Shown here: positions 24,702 through 35,989 of the stretch, piece after piece
How positions within the stretch are numbered: position 1 is the stretch's first letter
Layout of the letters: each line of letters begins with the position of its first letter
Assembly (NCBI GenBank): GCA_002633005.1
Contig: NMRA01000079.1
Location: 58,330-122,329, forward strand
Direction of reading: 5' to 3'
DNA length: 64,000 nt
From: Phoronis australis
Lineage: Eukaryota > Animalia > Phoronida
Translations under genes and position numbers: made by a program
The notes under the pieces: model-generated
The model's database searches: none
What the model was told of the DNA's origin: nothing
What the model saw: only the letters and a program-made list of their open reading frames with translations

Positions 24702-27290
24702 TTACATAGAACTGTCGGTGGTACTACCAGTGGCAGAGCGTACGTTGACTGTACGAGTGGCGGGACGATTTTCATTTGTTATCAATCCCAGCGCATGTAG
24801 AACACGCCTAGTGCAAACAAAACAAACGAAAACGAACACACCTTGACTCGCGTTAAGTACTGTGAAGATATACCATACAACTGTATTGTTTGCTGTCATG
24901 GCAACGAATCCAAAAATCCACGTTAACCCTAAAAGAAAGAATAACTTTAAGTACACTATAACCTCGTCCTGCGTGGACTTCCGTTGGACAACAGTTCTGG
25001 ATACTTTAATGGATCGGTGAAGAGAATGTAAAATAAGACAGTATAGGACCACGTTAGCCAATACAAAGCCTCCAACCGGGGCAATGAAGAGAATCAGCAT
25101 CGCGTTAATACGGGAAAACCAACATTGGCCGCTGAAGGAGAATTCGGGTTCAAATTCCTTAGCGACATCAGTGTAGTCGAGAATTATTGAAGTAATGGCT
25201 ATCAGCGCAGGAACAAAAGTGGCATAACACCAGCAGATGAGAAGGAAATGTTTGTGTCTACATTGTGACTCCAAGAGAGATCGGAAAGTCAGCCACGTAT
25301 CGACAGCTATCACGTTCATCCATGCAAATACAGACAGATACGCCCATTGTGTGAGTGCTGCAAGTGCCTCGCACAGCCAAGGAACGGCGCCGGTAACTGA
25401 GCGTAGTAGAAAGAATAAGCCAGCCAAGAATAACTGTAAAACTAAAAAGAACTGTAGTTTTCCAGGAAGAGTACGATAAACGGAGCAAAATGGTTGAAGC
25501 GACAAGCGAATAAGAAGACAAAATTCTGAGAGAACAAGACACAATATTGTTACTTTCCCCAATTTTGAATGGTTAGAGTTTTGAACCTGAATAGATTCGG
25601 TTTGATTCTTGGGTTCGAAATTGTCAAGACAAACCAATAAACTGCCATTTACGTTAGAAACATCACTTCGTGGTACCGTCCCGCCGAGATCTTGCAAAAT
25701 CAAAGAACTATTATTTGAAGTGACCACTCCACCATACACAGTTATGTTTTTACATGCAGACGTATTCTTGTAGCTGTGCTCATAGTTTCCTAAGCAATCA
25801 CTATTGTCAACAGTTATATTAATGATATGACCAAAAGATTCAGAGATAAATGTATAATTTAATTGTGATTTTACCAATATTGCCTGCTCAGTAGCCGCTT
25901 TTTCCGTGCATTTTGCATTTAACCTTTGCATAAAAACCAGTGTTAGCAAGTACTTATAGAAATTTGGATATGTATTTCTTTTTCCTGGTTTTGATTGATT
26001 AGGGATCGTATTGTTTTGATAAGTCCAGCGTAGAACATGTGTATAGTCAGGGCGAGTATTCATGTTAAATGAGTTTTCAAGACATTTTTGTATTTGACTT
26101 GTCAAATGATCACCAGCAAGAGACGCTTTGTCATCCCTGTCTGTTTGAGGATCCGCTATGATGACTCGTTTGATACTTAGATACTCGATGACAACTCCCA
26201 CGTGGAAAAGTCTAAATTGTGGAAGGCAGTCTCCGTCCAGTAAGTAGTAGTCGTCTTTGCACTTTGTGAATTGGCAGTCTGCAAGATCACCCGCTCTACA
26301 AATGACCAAAGACGTTTTATGGATATTTTTTCTTGGTCCCAAAGAGTCTGAAACGCCAATCTGCAGCCTCCCTGCATTGTTTATATCGAGAAGTAAAGAG
26401 AACGAAAATTTTCCGTAATCGTCGTCTATGGAGGGATCGTCATCTAGTGACAACGGAAAATGACACAATAAAGTGGAGTTGTTTTCGTTAACAGCATTAT
26501 TACATAAAGCACAGAAGTAGTTTTTGTAATAAATTTCTCCTTCAAATTTCATTAAAATTGTCTGCGTAGATCGGCATAGTTCTATGAGATTTTTGGACTT
26601 GCATCTAGGTGGGCAGCTATCAATAATTCTTGCATTACATCGTCTTTGGCTTCCTTTTCTGTTTTGCAATACAAACTTGCACAGTGAGTCGTTGAGGCGA
26701 TTCGAAATTTCCCTCATACTGCCGTCAATTGGTGACGATGCATTTTCTTGACACTTCATTTCGAACGACCAAAAGGTCACGTTCACGACGCCGTTACAAC
26801 GAGCACAATAGTAATTTCTGTATTGCACTCCAGTCAATGTATCTGTTACTGGCACCCTGTTTATTATGGCTTTGTCGGTATTTAGACACTCGCGAATAAA
26901 GGCACCATTTCCGTGCTGCTCAGGGCATCCATGAACCATCAGCGACCTCTGCTGTGCATTACACCTTACTGGCAGTGCAACCTTGGTAGCTGTCTTTGCC
27001 TGAGCTGGACACAAGTCCCAAAAATCGCTACAGCAGTCGCCATGGGCGAAACACCAGGCATCGCAAGAACACGTTTTGTCCTCCAAGGTGATATGACCGA
27101 GGTTCCCACCACACTCATACTTACAGCTTGTTCTAAGATTGTGTGCATTGCACCTCTTTGTCTTTTTCTTGAAAAAAGTTTCATTCAAACCACTCTTGTT
27201 ATCACAAGCTAAAAGTCCCTGGGTTTCTGGAAATTTACCGCCGAACGCTCCGAGCCAGAGTCCAAGGCAGATGAGGCCGAACAGTTTCAT
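24702..27290 (-). CDS. Somatomedin-B-domain Methuselah/secretin-like (7tm_2) GPCR, 862 aa, intronless CDS
   Basis: Uninterrupted ORF. ATG at 27290 gives signal peptide MKLFGLICLGLWLGAFG; SMB motif CSCDAWCFAHGDCCSDFWDLC; two Y(R/K)NY.CA.CN repeats; 7 TM helices with Mth-like motifs (RTLPGK, WMNV.A.DTW.TF, QCWF, LKLF.L.GLTW..GF, LNASQG). Confidence 0.93.
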   Translation of the reverse strand: MKLFGLICLGLWLGAFGGKFPETQGLLACDNKSGLNETFFKKKTKRCNAHNLRTSCKYECGGNLGHITLEDKTCSCDAWCFAHGDCCSDFWDLCPAQAKTATKVALPVRCNAQQRSLMVHGCPEQHGNGAFIRECLNTDKAIINRVPVTDTLTGVQYRNYYCARCNGVVNVTFWSFEMKCQENASSPIDGSMREISNRLNDSLCKFVLQNRKGSQRRCNARIIDSCPPRCKSKNLIELCRSTQTILMKFEGEIYYKNYFCALCNNAVNENNSTLLCHFPLSLDDDPSIDDDYGKFSFSLLLDINNAGRLQIGVSDSLGPRKNIHKTSLVICRAGDLADCQFTKCKDDYYLLDGDCLPQFRLFHVGVVIEYLSIKRVIIADPQTDRDDKASLAGDHLTSQIQKCLENSFNMNTRPDYTHVLRWTYQNNTIPNQSKPGKRNTYPNFYKYLLTLVFMQRLNAKCTEKAATEQAILVKSQLNYTFISESFGHIINITVDNSDCLGNYEHSYKNTSACKNITVYGGVVTSNNSSLILQDLGGTVPRSDVSNVNGSLLVCLDNFEPKNQTESIQVQNSNHSKLGKVTILCLVLSEFCLLIRLSLQPFCSVYRTLPGKLQFFLVLQLFLAGLFFLLRSVTGAVPWLCEALAALTQWAYLSVFAWMNVIAVDTWLTFRSLLESQCRHKHFLLICWCYATFVPALIAITSIILDYTDVAKEFEPEFSFSGQCWFSRINAMLILFIAPVGGFVLANVVLYCLILHSLHRSIKVSRTVVQRKSTQDEVIVYLKLFFLLGLTWIFGFVAMTANNTVVWYIFTVLNASQGVFVFVCFVCTRRVLHALGLITNENRPATRTVNVRSATGSTTDSSM

Positions 27291-28719
27291 CCTGGTTAAC
27301 AAACTGCGGTCAACAACAGATCTGCTCACAATCTCTGATCCTTTTATGCTACTCTCCGAAAATCGCCAAGTGTTGTTAATATTCAAGTAGTTCGTCTGAC
27401 ATGTTTAAAAGTGGCCTAAGGGCTGTGAATCCTTATTAAGTCAAACAAAAATCGATAGAGCAATGTCAGTAATCTAAACTTAGTGCTCTGGAATGTTTGT
27501 AAAACCTACAACATTTCTGTTTGCTGAACATTTGCAACTTTGGGAACTTCTGCCACGCAAGCAGCCAAATATTTCAGCCCCCAGCGCCCCTGCTTCTTAG
27601 TTGCCCTCAACATCTCTCNCCCCCCCCCTTCACGCTTCTCAATAGAATTTGCTTAGTTTAGATAAGACCAATGAACACAGATTCCAAACCATCATTTACG
27701 TGGAAATCGAACACGGTACTGGTGGTTGTTTTAACGTTTTAACTGAGATTACGCTCGGGAGTAAATTTTTGTTATTAAATTCAAATACCGTGGTATAATA
27801 CATCGCCACGTGACTTTGGGTGCTGCATCGCGGCTGCTAAACCATGTTTGGTGATTTTACCCAAAATTTCTTGCGTCACATTCAAGTACAAGTGTGCAGT
27901 AGCCCTCCGTCTCGAAAGATATAAGCATCGTTCACAGCTCAAACTAGAATCGATGGTTCGAGATGGAATTTTCCTTTCGCCATCACCTCGTCCGAATCTT
28001 TTTGATTCGGTAGATTATGTACAGATTTGGTAAACTTGAACCAGACATTTGAAAATCGGCAAAGGTCATTGTTTCTAACTTTTTCTGAGACAATACTCAA
28101 AATTGTTATTAAAAATACACTTGTCTGAAGTATATCTAAAATTGCGGTAAGGATTCAACATTGAACAATGCTGTGCTCTTAAAATGGCGCCAGTTCCGTG
28201 TGTGGGTAGACAAGAGCAGAGATCAGATTTCTGGAACGCACTCACTTAAAACTGCTTTAAGGCACTACTGAGTACTATTCGTAACCATCACTTCCCACTT
28301 TTTCCACAAATTTGGTGTCAAATCTAACTCACTCCATTTTCGGCTAGGAAGGCCCCAATCGTGGTCTTAGACCTTTTGAGAGACTGCACTTGCGACAGTC
28401 GAGCATAGTTGGCTGCTTTTGCTGTACAGGTGGAATATCACCCATTCAAGTTCCAAAAATTGGGTAGAAGCAATAAAACAACATCAGAAAGTGACGTCTA
28501 CCAAAGAACAACCAGCATGGGTCGTTTCTGTGAATAAAACAGCCGTTCTTAAACCACTTCCTCTTCCCACTTCCGAGTTCCATAGAACACCCACTCAATG
28601 ATTTAAGTTAGCAGATTTTGCGTTCATCTGAAACAGTAAGGATATCAAACTATTTAGAGCTGTGAGAGCAACGTTACAAAAGCCATACGTCATTTGTTAT
28701 AATAAGGCTCTAAGCTGAT

Positions 28720-29690
28720 ATGGGCCAAAAACAAACTACGCAGAGCTTTTTGAAACGGAAACCAAATATTAAAAATTTCATTGTTTACGGTGACGAATAC
28801 TTCAGATCACTTAATATTGTCATAGAGAACGCTTTTGGGAATAAGTGTCTGACAATCTTCTCATAATTCTTTAAATCACAAAAATTTAATACAGATTGAG
28901 ATGTTATAACGATAAATTTGTAGCGTAATAAATGTACTCATATAGATGTTATATCAATACGTTTGTAGCGTAGAACTCATATAAAAATATATAGGTAATG
29001 AACCAGTTTGTTACAGATACCATGCCCAAATGGGTTTTTGAACCAACAGGGGAATTTCTTGAGTTTCAATTATTTTTTTAGCGTCCTTTCGAATAAAGTT
29101 TACAAAAATTTACGAAAATGAATCTCTAATAGCTGTTTTGAAGCATTCAATCTAGCATCTACCCAACAACTGGATATTTTCGTTATATTCCTCGGGCCTG
29201 TGGTTCCGTTTTGGTAAGCATTTTCGTTTCAAGAACACTTACTAAAAGTATGTGACACTAATGTGTCTTCAACTGCACAAGCAAAAATTGCCCATAAGCG
29301 TTTTCATATGGAAAACAAATAGGTAAATTTTTTCGACTTAACACTCAGATGTACTCGAGATATGTTGCAGTTTGTTATCATTTACAACTTCGTAGAATTT
29401 TAGAAACACATTCATTTCTTCACAAGGTGAAGATTTTTGATACCGGTACATGCACTTTCTGTCGCACTTGGAACCTTATTCCTTGTCTTCAAAAAATTGC
29501 ACAAATTTTTCAATCGTTTAAACTTGCTGTAAAAAAATATCTGTCGTCGGACTTTCATACATCCACACGAACTACTATTGCCAGAAGCATAGAAACAGTT
29601 CTTAGTCAATTAAGAACTGGTTTATTTCTAAATTCTCAAAATTTTCAACAAAGTTTTCTAGACGTGTCCAATGGTTGCACATGAGGTTTC
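28720..29690 (+). mobile_element. Degenerate L1/Tx1 LINE ORF2 C-terminal fragment
   Basis: RRILETHSFLHKVKIFDTGTCTFC resembles the zf-RVT region; many stops and frameshifts; boundaries approximate. Confidence 0.6.
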
Positions 29691-31911
29691 TTGATTTAGT
29701 GTTAATCATTTTTTCTTAAATGTCCAGTCACTCAAATAGATCGTGTCCATCTCTTCCATGCCTTTGATTCAAATACTGATTGTCACCTCCATTTACAAAA
29801 TGTTACCTAATAATCATCGTGCCTCATTTTTGCATATAATAAAACTAGATCAGAATGTCTTTTTAATAAATTTAGTATCTACTTTCATTTACAATAGAAA
29901 ATTCAAATTTCAATTACTTTATATTCTTTAAACGTTTTTTATGTGTGTTTTTCTGTTTTGTTGTAATTAAATCGTATTATTATGTTATACCATAGGAAGT
30001 GTGTCTTTTAATTTTAATATCTGTCAGTAATCATTCTTTTATATCTATTGTTACTGTGACTTTTAATCTGTCTGCATATAATGTATAAATTTGCGGGCAG
30101 AAAGTGTATCAATTGTTGTTCAATTACTTAAGACGACATAAGCACTTATCCAACGAAACAAAAAGCATTGCAGCACATCTCCTTTTTTCCCCAAACTCCC
30201 GATGACATTAAAACGCTTGCGTGATGCGTGTCAAAAAAGCAATTTAAATTATCAGATCGGAGTGAAATTGAGCGAAGCCTCACTTATCCGAAACTGGATA
30301 TTCTAGTTCATTAAATTTTACATTGCCAATTACTTTTGATTGTTTTCAACGCAAACAAAACAACGCAAGTTCTCAATTTTACATATCATTTGAATTTATT
30401 TTGCATATCAGTGGTTGAAATTGTCGATTATTTATCGTTTTTCATACTTCAACATTAATGGAGTCTCCTTGATCATCATCGGCATACAAATGTCCTTACT
30501 CTGTTGGCGCCACAGGAATTACAAGTGTTTTATCTACTAAACCCGCCAAATGACGTCGAATGACATTTTTTTAACTTGCGACATCCATGCGGCGGGCGTT
30601 AGTCCTTCGGATGGCTATCACTTATGGGACTCTACCATTGTTTTCCTTTGTTGTGTCATTGTTGGAAAAATTACACAGGTCGCTTGGATTTCGTAATTTG
30701 GGCGCACATCAGTCGGTTACCGATAAAGGCTTTTCGTTATCTTTATCATAATTAGTGGACAATTGATGCACCAATCTACCGATCTCTGTGCGACCATCTT
30801 GCGACTTAGTTTCGATGGGAATTGCTTGAAGCCACGACTTCTTTCACAGTATCATCGAGTCACTTGATAAAGTGAAGTAGTACCGTAGTACAGTATTATT
30901 CAACGCTTTCCTTATCTTGTCTGTCGCCTTCACTGTTGATTTTTGCCTGGCTTTTCTGATGAACGTCGCCGTCAGTGGGCTGGCACTGGAACTCCAGTTT
31001 GTTTTTTATCACAACCGAGTTTCCTTTTGGATTCGTTGCTGTGGTAGCTCACGAACCACGAGTTCGTGAAATAATTCTATTCCTACTCTGATGAGGCGAT
31101 AGGTCTTCGTGACTCCACACTCAGGCAAGTCCAGTAATGCAAGTTGTGAAGTCTATACCACCCGAGGCACTTAAGTCGGCAATGCCCTGAAGTAGTAAGT
31201 TATCTCGTTTCCACTTCTGAGAGGTCGCACGACATCTATCGTTGAAGTTTCCAGCGTTCTTCTGCTTACAATTATCATAAGAGTAGCGGGATACGTAGCT
31301 GTTCATAATGCGAAACAAAACACCGAGATGAGAGTTTGTTTTAAAATTGATACTTCAAACAGCATATGTTACTAATGCATTTTCTGTGTTTTCAAAACAC
31401 ATGTTCGTAACCAACTTACGTTCACATTTGGTATAAAACGCAATCCAGGGGTTGCTTAAACAACATATCAAAATGTCCCAGGGTCGACCACACTTTGTAA
31501 GGCCAAAGAAACAAAGCACAGGGAGATACTTCATGCCGGTTGTTTAAAGTACGCTATCTCAGTCAAGACGTCACTGTACACATTGTCATTCGAAATTTAA
31601 ATTGTACACTTTTTCACAAATTCTGTATGCATTTTTACTCTGTATTTTTACTTGAGATGCAGAAACATGACAAAAACACACAATGCAAACAAAAAACGAG
31701 CACATAATCTGAATGAAACAGTTCTCAAAAACATGTATTTATTACAGAAGCCTGCAAAAAACAACACAGAAAGCTGAGACAGAACTGTAGGCAATTAACT
31801 TGAGGCATACAATAAAGTATGGCATGTCTTTGTTTCATGGCAACCAAAGCCTACGTAAAAGTGCTGTCTCCTGAGACTCTTCAATCGGCTTTCCTAAGTC
31901 TGGAATATACC

Positions 31912-32067
31912 CAGGGTCGGATCCAGGATTTTGAGTTGGGGGAAGGGCAGAGTATTAGCTAGGATTTTGCCCATCAGACAATCGCACCCCCGAACAACCA
32001 AATGGTATCTTGGAAAATTTCAGGGGGCCATGGCCCCCTTGCCCCTCTCCCCTTAAATCCGCCACTG
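31912..32067. mobile_element. hAT-like MITE with 5-bp TSD ATACC
   Basis: ATACC|CAGGGTCGGATCCAGG...AAATCCGCCACTG|ATACC. Confidence 0.8.
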
Positions 32068-33402
32068 ATACCCGTTTGACAACACCGTTGTCCCCCTGAA
32101 AGGTTCGCTCCATAAGCAGCGTTCTAGCCAACTACTGGTTCAAGTAAGGTTGAAAATGGCTTTTTTATTTAACGATTGGCAAAGGTGTACAGAAGCAAAG
32201 AGGCCATTGCAAAGTGACTTAAGTACATTCAAGCATTTCTGCAAAATTAGTTTGTTTTGTAAGATGTCGACACAGAATGTAGACATGCTGAAAAGGAAAA
32301 AAAAAACAACGAAGGTGGCACAGGTGACAACAAAAGGCAAGGGAAACAGGTGATAAAAAGTCGAAGGCGACTACAAAGGCTTGCGGAAAGAATAACAACG
32401 ACAAAAGTCAATTTCAGAAACCACGTCTGATAATGAACCAGGTCCATCAGGCTTAAAGCAATCGCACGGTTAACAGATCGAAAGTGACAGCGGTGAGGAC
32501 TCGAATGTGGTGGATGAGGACAGTTGCTGCGTCTGTAGTAAGTGGTCACCACCGCCACAACGCATTGTGCGTCTCTAGAGATCATTAATTGGGGAAAATG
32601 TGAATTCCAAGACTGCAGTCACTGTACTCACCTAAAGTGTTGCTGTGATGTGACAGCACTAAGGCGACGCGACAGATTTTTATGGCCCAGTGTTCATAGC
32701 CAGCTCCTAGGAGAGTACAGAGTGATAACTGGGATCGGCTGTGCTTAACTTGTTGAAAACTCAAGCAGTTTAATGATTGTCCTATTTTCAAACTATTTTT
32801 TTTGTTTACAAAAATCACATTTTTGATTAGCCTTATTCTGTTTTACCGTCTACAAGAAAGAGGGCGACACGGTCACGACTTTAGGGTCTCAAAGAAAATG
32901 GCGGGCGTTTTCATATGTCTTGCAAAAACTATGCCTGTGGATTGAAAACAAGTTTTAAAAGTGGGAACAGTTGAGCATTTGTTTACTACACCACATAATC
33001 AGTTATTGAAAGAGATTGGTGGGTACGCCAACAAACCGGTTTAGTGCTTATGTTCACAACTTTAGGTCCCCGGTGTATAGTTTGCAAGCGCTATTATATG
33101 AGGAAGTTAAAAAGTTTACTAAAACTTAAAAATGGAAACGTTGCACTTGAAAATGTTATTCGTATTCTTGATCAAATTATGACGATTTAAATAACTCATA
33201 TACTGACGAACTTACTTAACTCGTCACCTTCAGAGCTGCAAAAGGCAACAACTTGTATTATTGAGTGCTAATCAAAAACTCAATCACATGTGCTTTGCAC
33301 GACCATTTCAAATATTATGCTATTAACGATCTTTCAAAGCGAAAATATAAAACTACTTTTGTCACCTCGGTGTGTTTATGATGTGCCTGATTATATACAT
33401 TA

Positions 33403-33520
33403 GCAGCCTGAAGCGATTTAATTAACCGCAACATCATGGTGTCTTTGATCTAAACCGGCAAATTCTGAGGTACGCAAACCGGTGCAGTTGCCTAATCTCT
33501 TGCGGTTTAGGTGACAACGT
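33403..33520 (+). repeat. ~120-bp dispersed repeat (inverted copy at 57015-57130)
   Basis: AGCCTGA.GCGATTTAATTAAC..CA.CATCATGGTGT.TTTGATCT.AACCG shared. Confidence 0.7.
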
Positions 33521-34201
33521 GAAATTATTTCAACGGAAGGGTGTTCGGTGACTTACCTATTTTATGATTGAAGCGAGTATGTTTCATCACCATTTTGTTT
33601 CTAACTTAAGATTTTTAAATACTCAAGGGAGGTTTGAACGTCCTCAAAATTAAGGAAATCTTAAATAGATAAGGAAAATCTCCAGACCTAAGGAAAATCT
33701 TTTAAGAGTCTGCTCAAAATAAATAAAAGCGTATGGAAATTGCCATCAAATAAAGAAAAATTCACAACGCAGGAAATTCTGAACAAAAACTTAGAAAACG
33801 GCCCCAGATATGTCATCTCCAAGTTTTGTCTCCGATGTAAAGAATGATCCGAATAAGGCAGCATTTTAACTCCCGCGTACTGGAAAAATACCTGCAATCT
33901 CGTGCATGGCCGTTTCTCACGTGTCTTTTCTTTTCTTCGGTTATTGAGATTATACCAAAATTGGGAATCGAGACGGCTTTTTCTGTACGGTTTTCTGAGC
34001 TGTTCATACAAAAAGCGGCAAACCGCGTGGGAAAACAAAGATTGTTGGTGTAGTGTAATACTTTGATACGCTTTAATCGAATTTTCCTATCAATGATGTT
34101 ATGTGAACTTGCAATAGAATATGTTCTGCATATCGCTGTTACCTGGACTGTACAAAATTGACAGTTGTCATTTGGACCCGGTAAAGGATAACATATGATC
34201 A

Positions 34202-34352
34202 GGTGTGCGTTCAGTAGCGCTAGGACCTACGCTAAGACCTAGCTAAAATCTAGCTAAAGTGACGTGCTCTCATTTAAAATACATGACAATATCTCACGTA
34301 ATTTTGCGAAGTCTTGCTTTTTAGCGGGGTCCTAGCGTTACTGAACGGGAGG
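34202..34352 (+). mobile_element. ~140-bp MITE (Harbinger-like)
   Basis: TIR CGTTCAGTAGCGCTAGGACC / GGTCCTAGCGTTACTGAACG; homologous to 59348-59503. Confidence 0.65.
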
Positions 34353-35223
34353 CAGGAGAGAACTTGCTAGCGGGGATTATATTGGCCTTTGAACTTCCGC
34401 TGCCATTGGCTGATGAAATCAACAGCTTGTTGATTTCTGTCAAATCTTTCAAGAAGCCAATTAAGTGGTCAACGAAAAAGCCGATAGATTTTTCGCTTTC
34501 GGTATAAGCCATCTCATTCAAATTACAATGTAAAGTAGGTCGCCGCAACGAGAATTGTCGTATGAATGTTTGCGATCCCGATTATAGGGTAAACCAAACT
34601 TAGGGGAGATTTTGCGGACAGGATATCGAATACCGAATACTCGTTTGTAAACGCCCAGTTGTCAACGTGGTAACCTGTTAAGGCACGTTTACTAACATTT
34701 CAAGTCAACACCAGCTCTGTCTTTATTTGAGTTATACTGCTGAATTGAAGCAGACGATTACGGATGCGTCATTGAGGCTCTTCACAAAGAGACTACATAT
34801 CGTCACAGCTCGGTTAAGCAGTCATCTTCGAAATCTTTCCACTGTAGTGTTTTTTACGACAAAGGCAAAGACATTCCAGCATTTGAGGCGCCACACAAAA
34901 ATGACCTTCAGTGACGTTACGCACGGAAATTAATAACGCAAATAATATGAATACGAGAAAAATATAGTATTAATTGAAGTCGGTTTTGTTAAAAATGAAC
35001 GGACATTCCACTCTTTCCATCACAATACCGTTCTTTCCATTTCTTGTCTATTCAATGGCAGTCACACATTCATACATGAATATTGAAGCCTGATCAACTG
35101 CATACCATTTTCAAACATATCCCTACGTATTATATTCCCTGTCACAGACACTTTTCCAGCAAAATCTGGATTACCCTCAAACACAGCCTTGTGTTCTCGT
35201 GAGAAATGTTCAGAGGTTACAAA

Positions 35224-35373
35224 CACGGGCGGCGCAACACTGAAAAAATTGTGGGCTATGGCCCCCAGCCCGCACTCTCCACCACTGTGTTGCACCGCCG
35301 ATAGACGATGGGCGGCGCAGCACTGAAAAAAGTCGGGGTATCGCCCCCCAACCCCTATGGTGCGCCACCCATG
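35224..35373. mobile_element. Tandem pair of tiny GC-rich MITEs (family of 8895-8962)
   Basis: Two units each reading GGGCGGCGCA.CACTGAAAAAA...TGC.CC.CC.AT. Confidence 0.6.
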
Positions 35374-35989
35374 CCCACAGTCCGTCACAAAAACAACTTT
35401 TGTCTTAAACCGTGTATCGCACCATGAATTTGGTCTCAAACCGTTCCTTAGTCAAAGCAATTGTGAGCTCTGGACCCAGGGTCTAATCTCGGACTCGAAT
35501 ACGAATTTAACTCGAAAATTCAGAAACCGGTCACATCGCACGGTTCGAGAACAACTTTGCAAGTGTAGTCGAAGCGTGTCTTGCACCTGATTCTGGGCTT
35601 CTAAAGAGTTGACACTTCGTTAATGTTGGAGACAATGTTCTTCAAATTACCGTGTCATCTTGACGTGTCTTTCTACTCATCGGACTCGGGAACACGTGGA
35701 GGCCAATTTTACTGCGGAATGTGGCATGGGTCTAAATCAAAAGTTGTAAAACAGTTTCTCCGACGGACCTAAATTTATTGCCAATTAAACACTCTCACGG
35801 GGTTGTGGTTGTTTCAGTACGTGAACAGAACCGTTTATAGGCTATTGACCGATAAGTCTTGAGCGACGATGACCGTGTAATAATTTGCCTCACTAATTAG
35901 CTGTTTAGGCAAGTCTGTCAGGTAACGTTTATCCCCTTTGCATACATGTATGTAGGTCAATTTAACAAAATATTCTCCAAAATAGTCCT

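Noticed and set aside
27291-27386. N-terminal extension of the GPCR ORF (894 aa)
   Set aside because: It starts at a non-ATG codon; the signal peptide begins at ATG 27290, right after a splice acceptor.
30480-32750. Coding-like stretches, possibly a decayed CD225 paralogue
   Set aside because: Stops in all frames; similarity too weak to support by eye.
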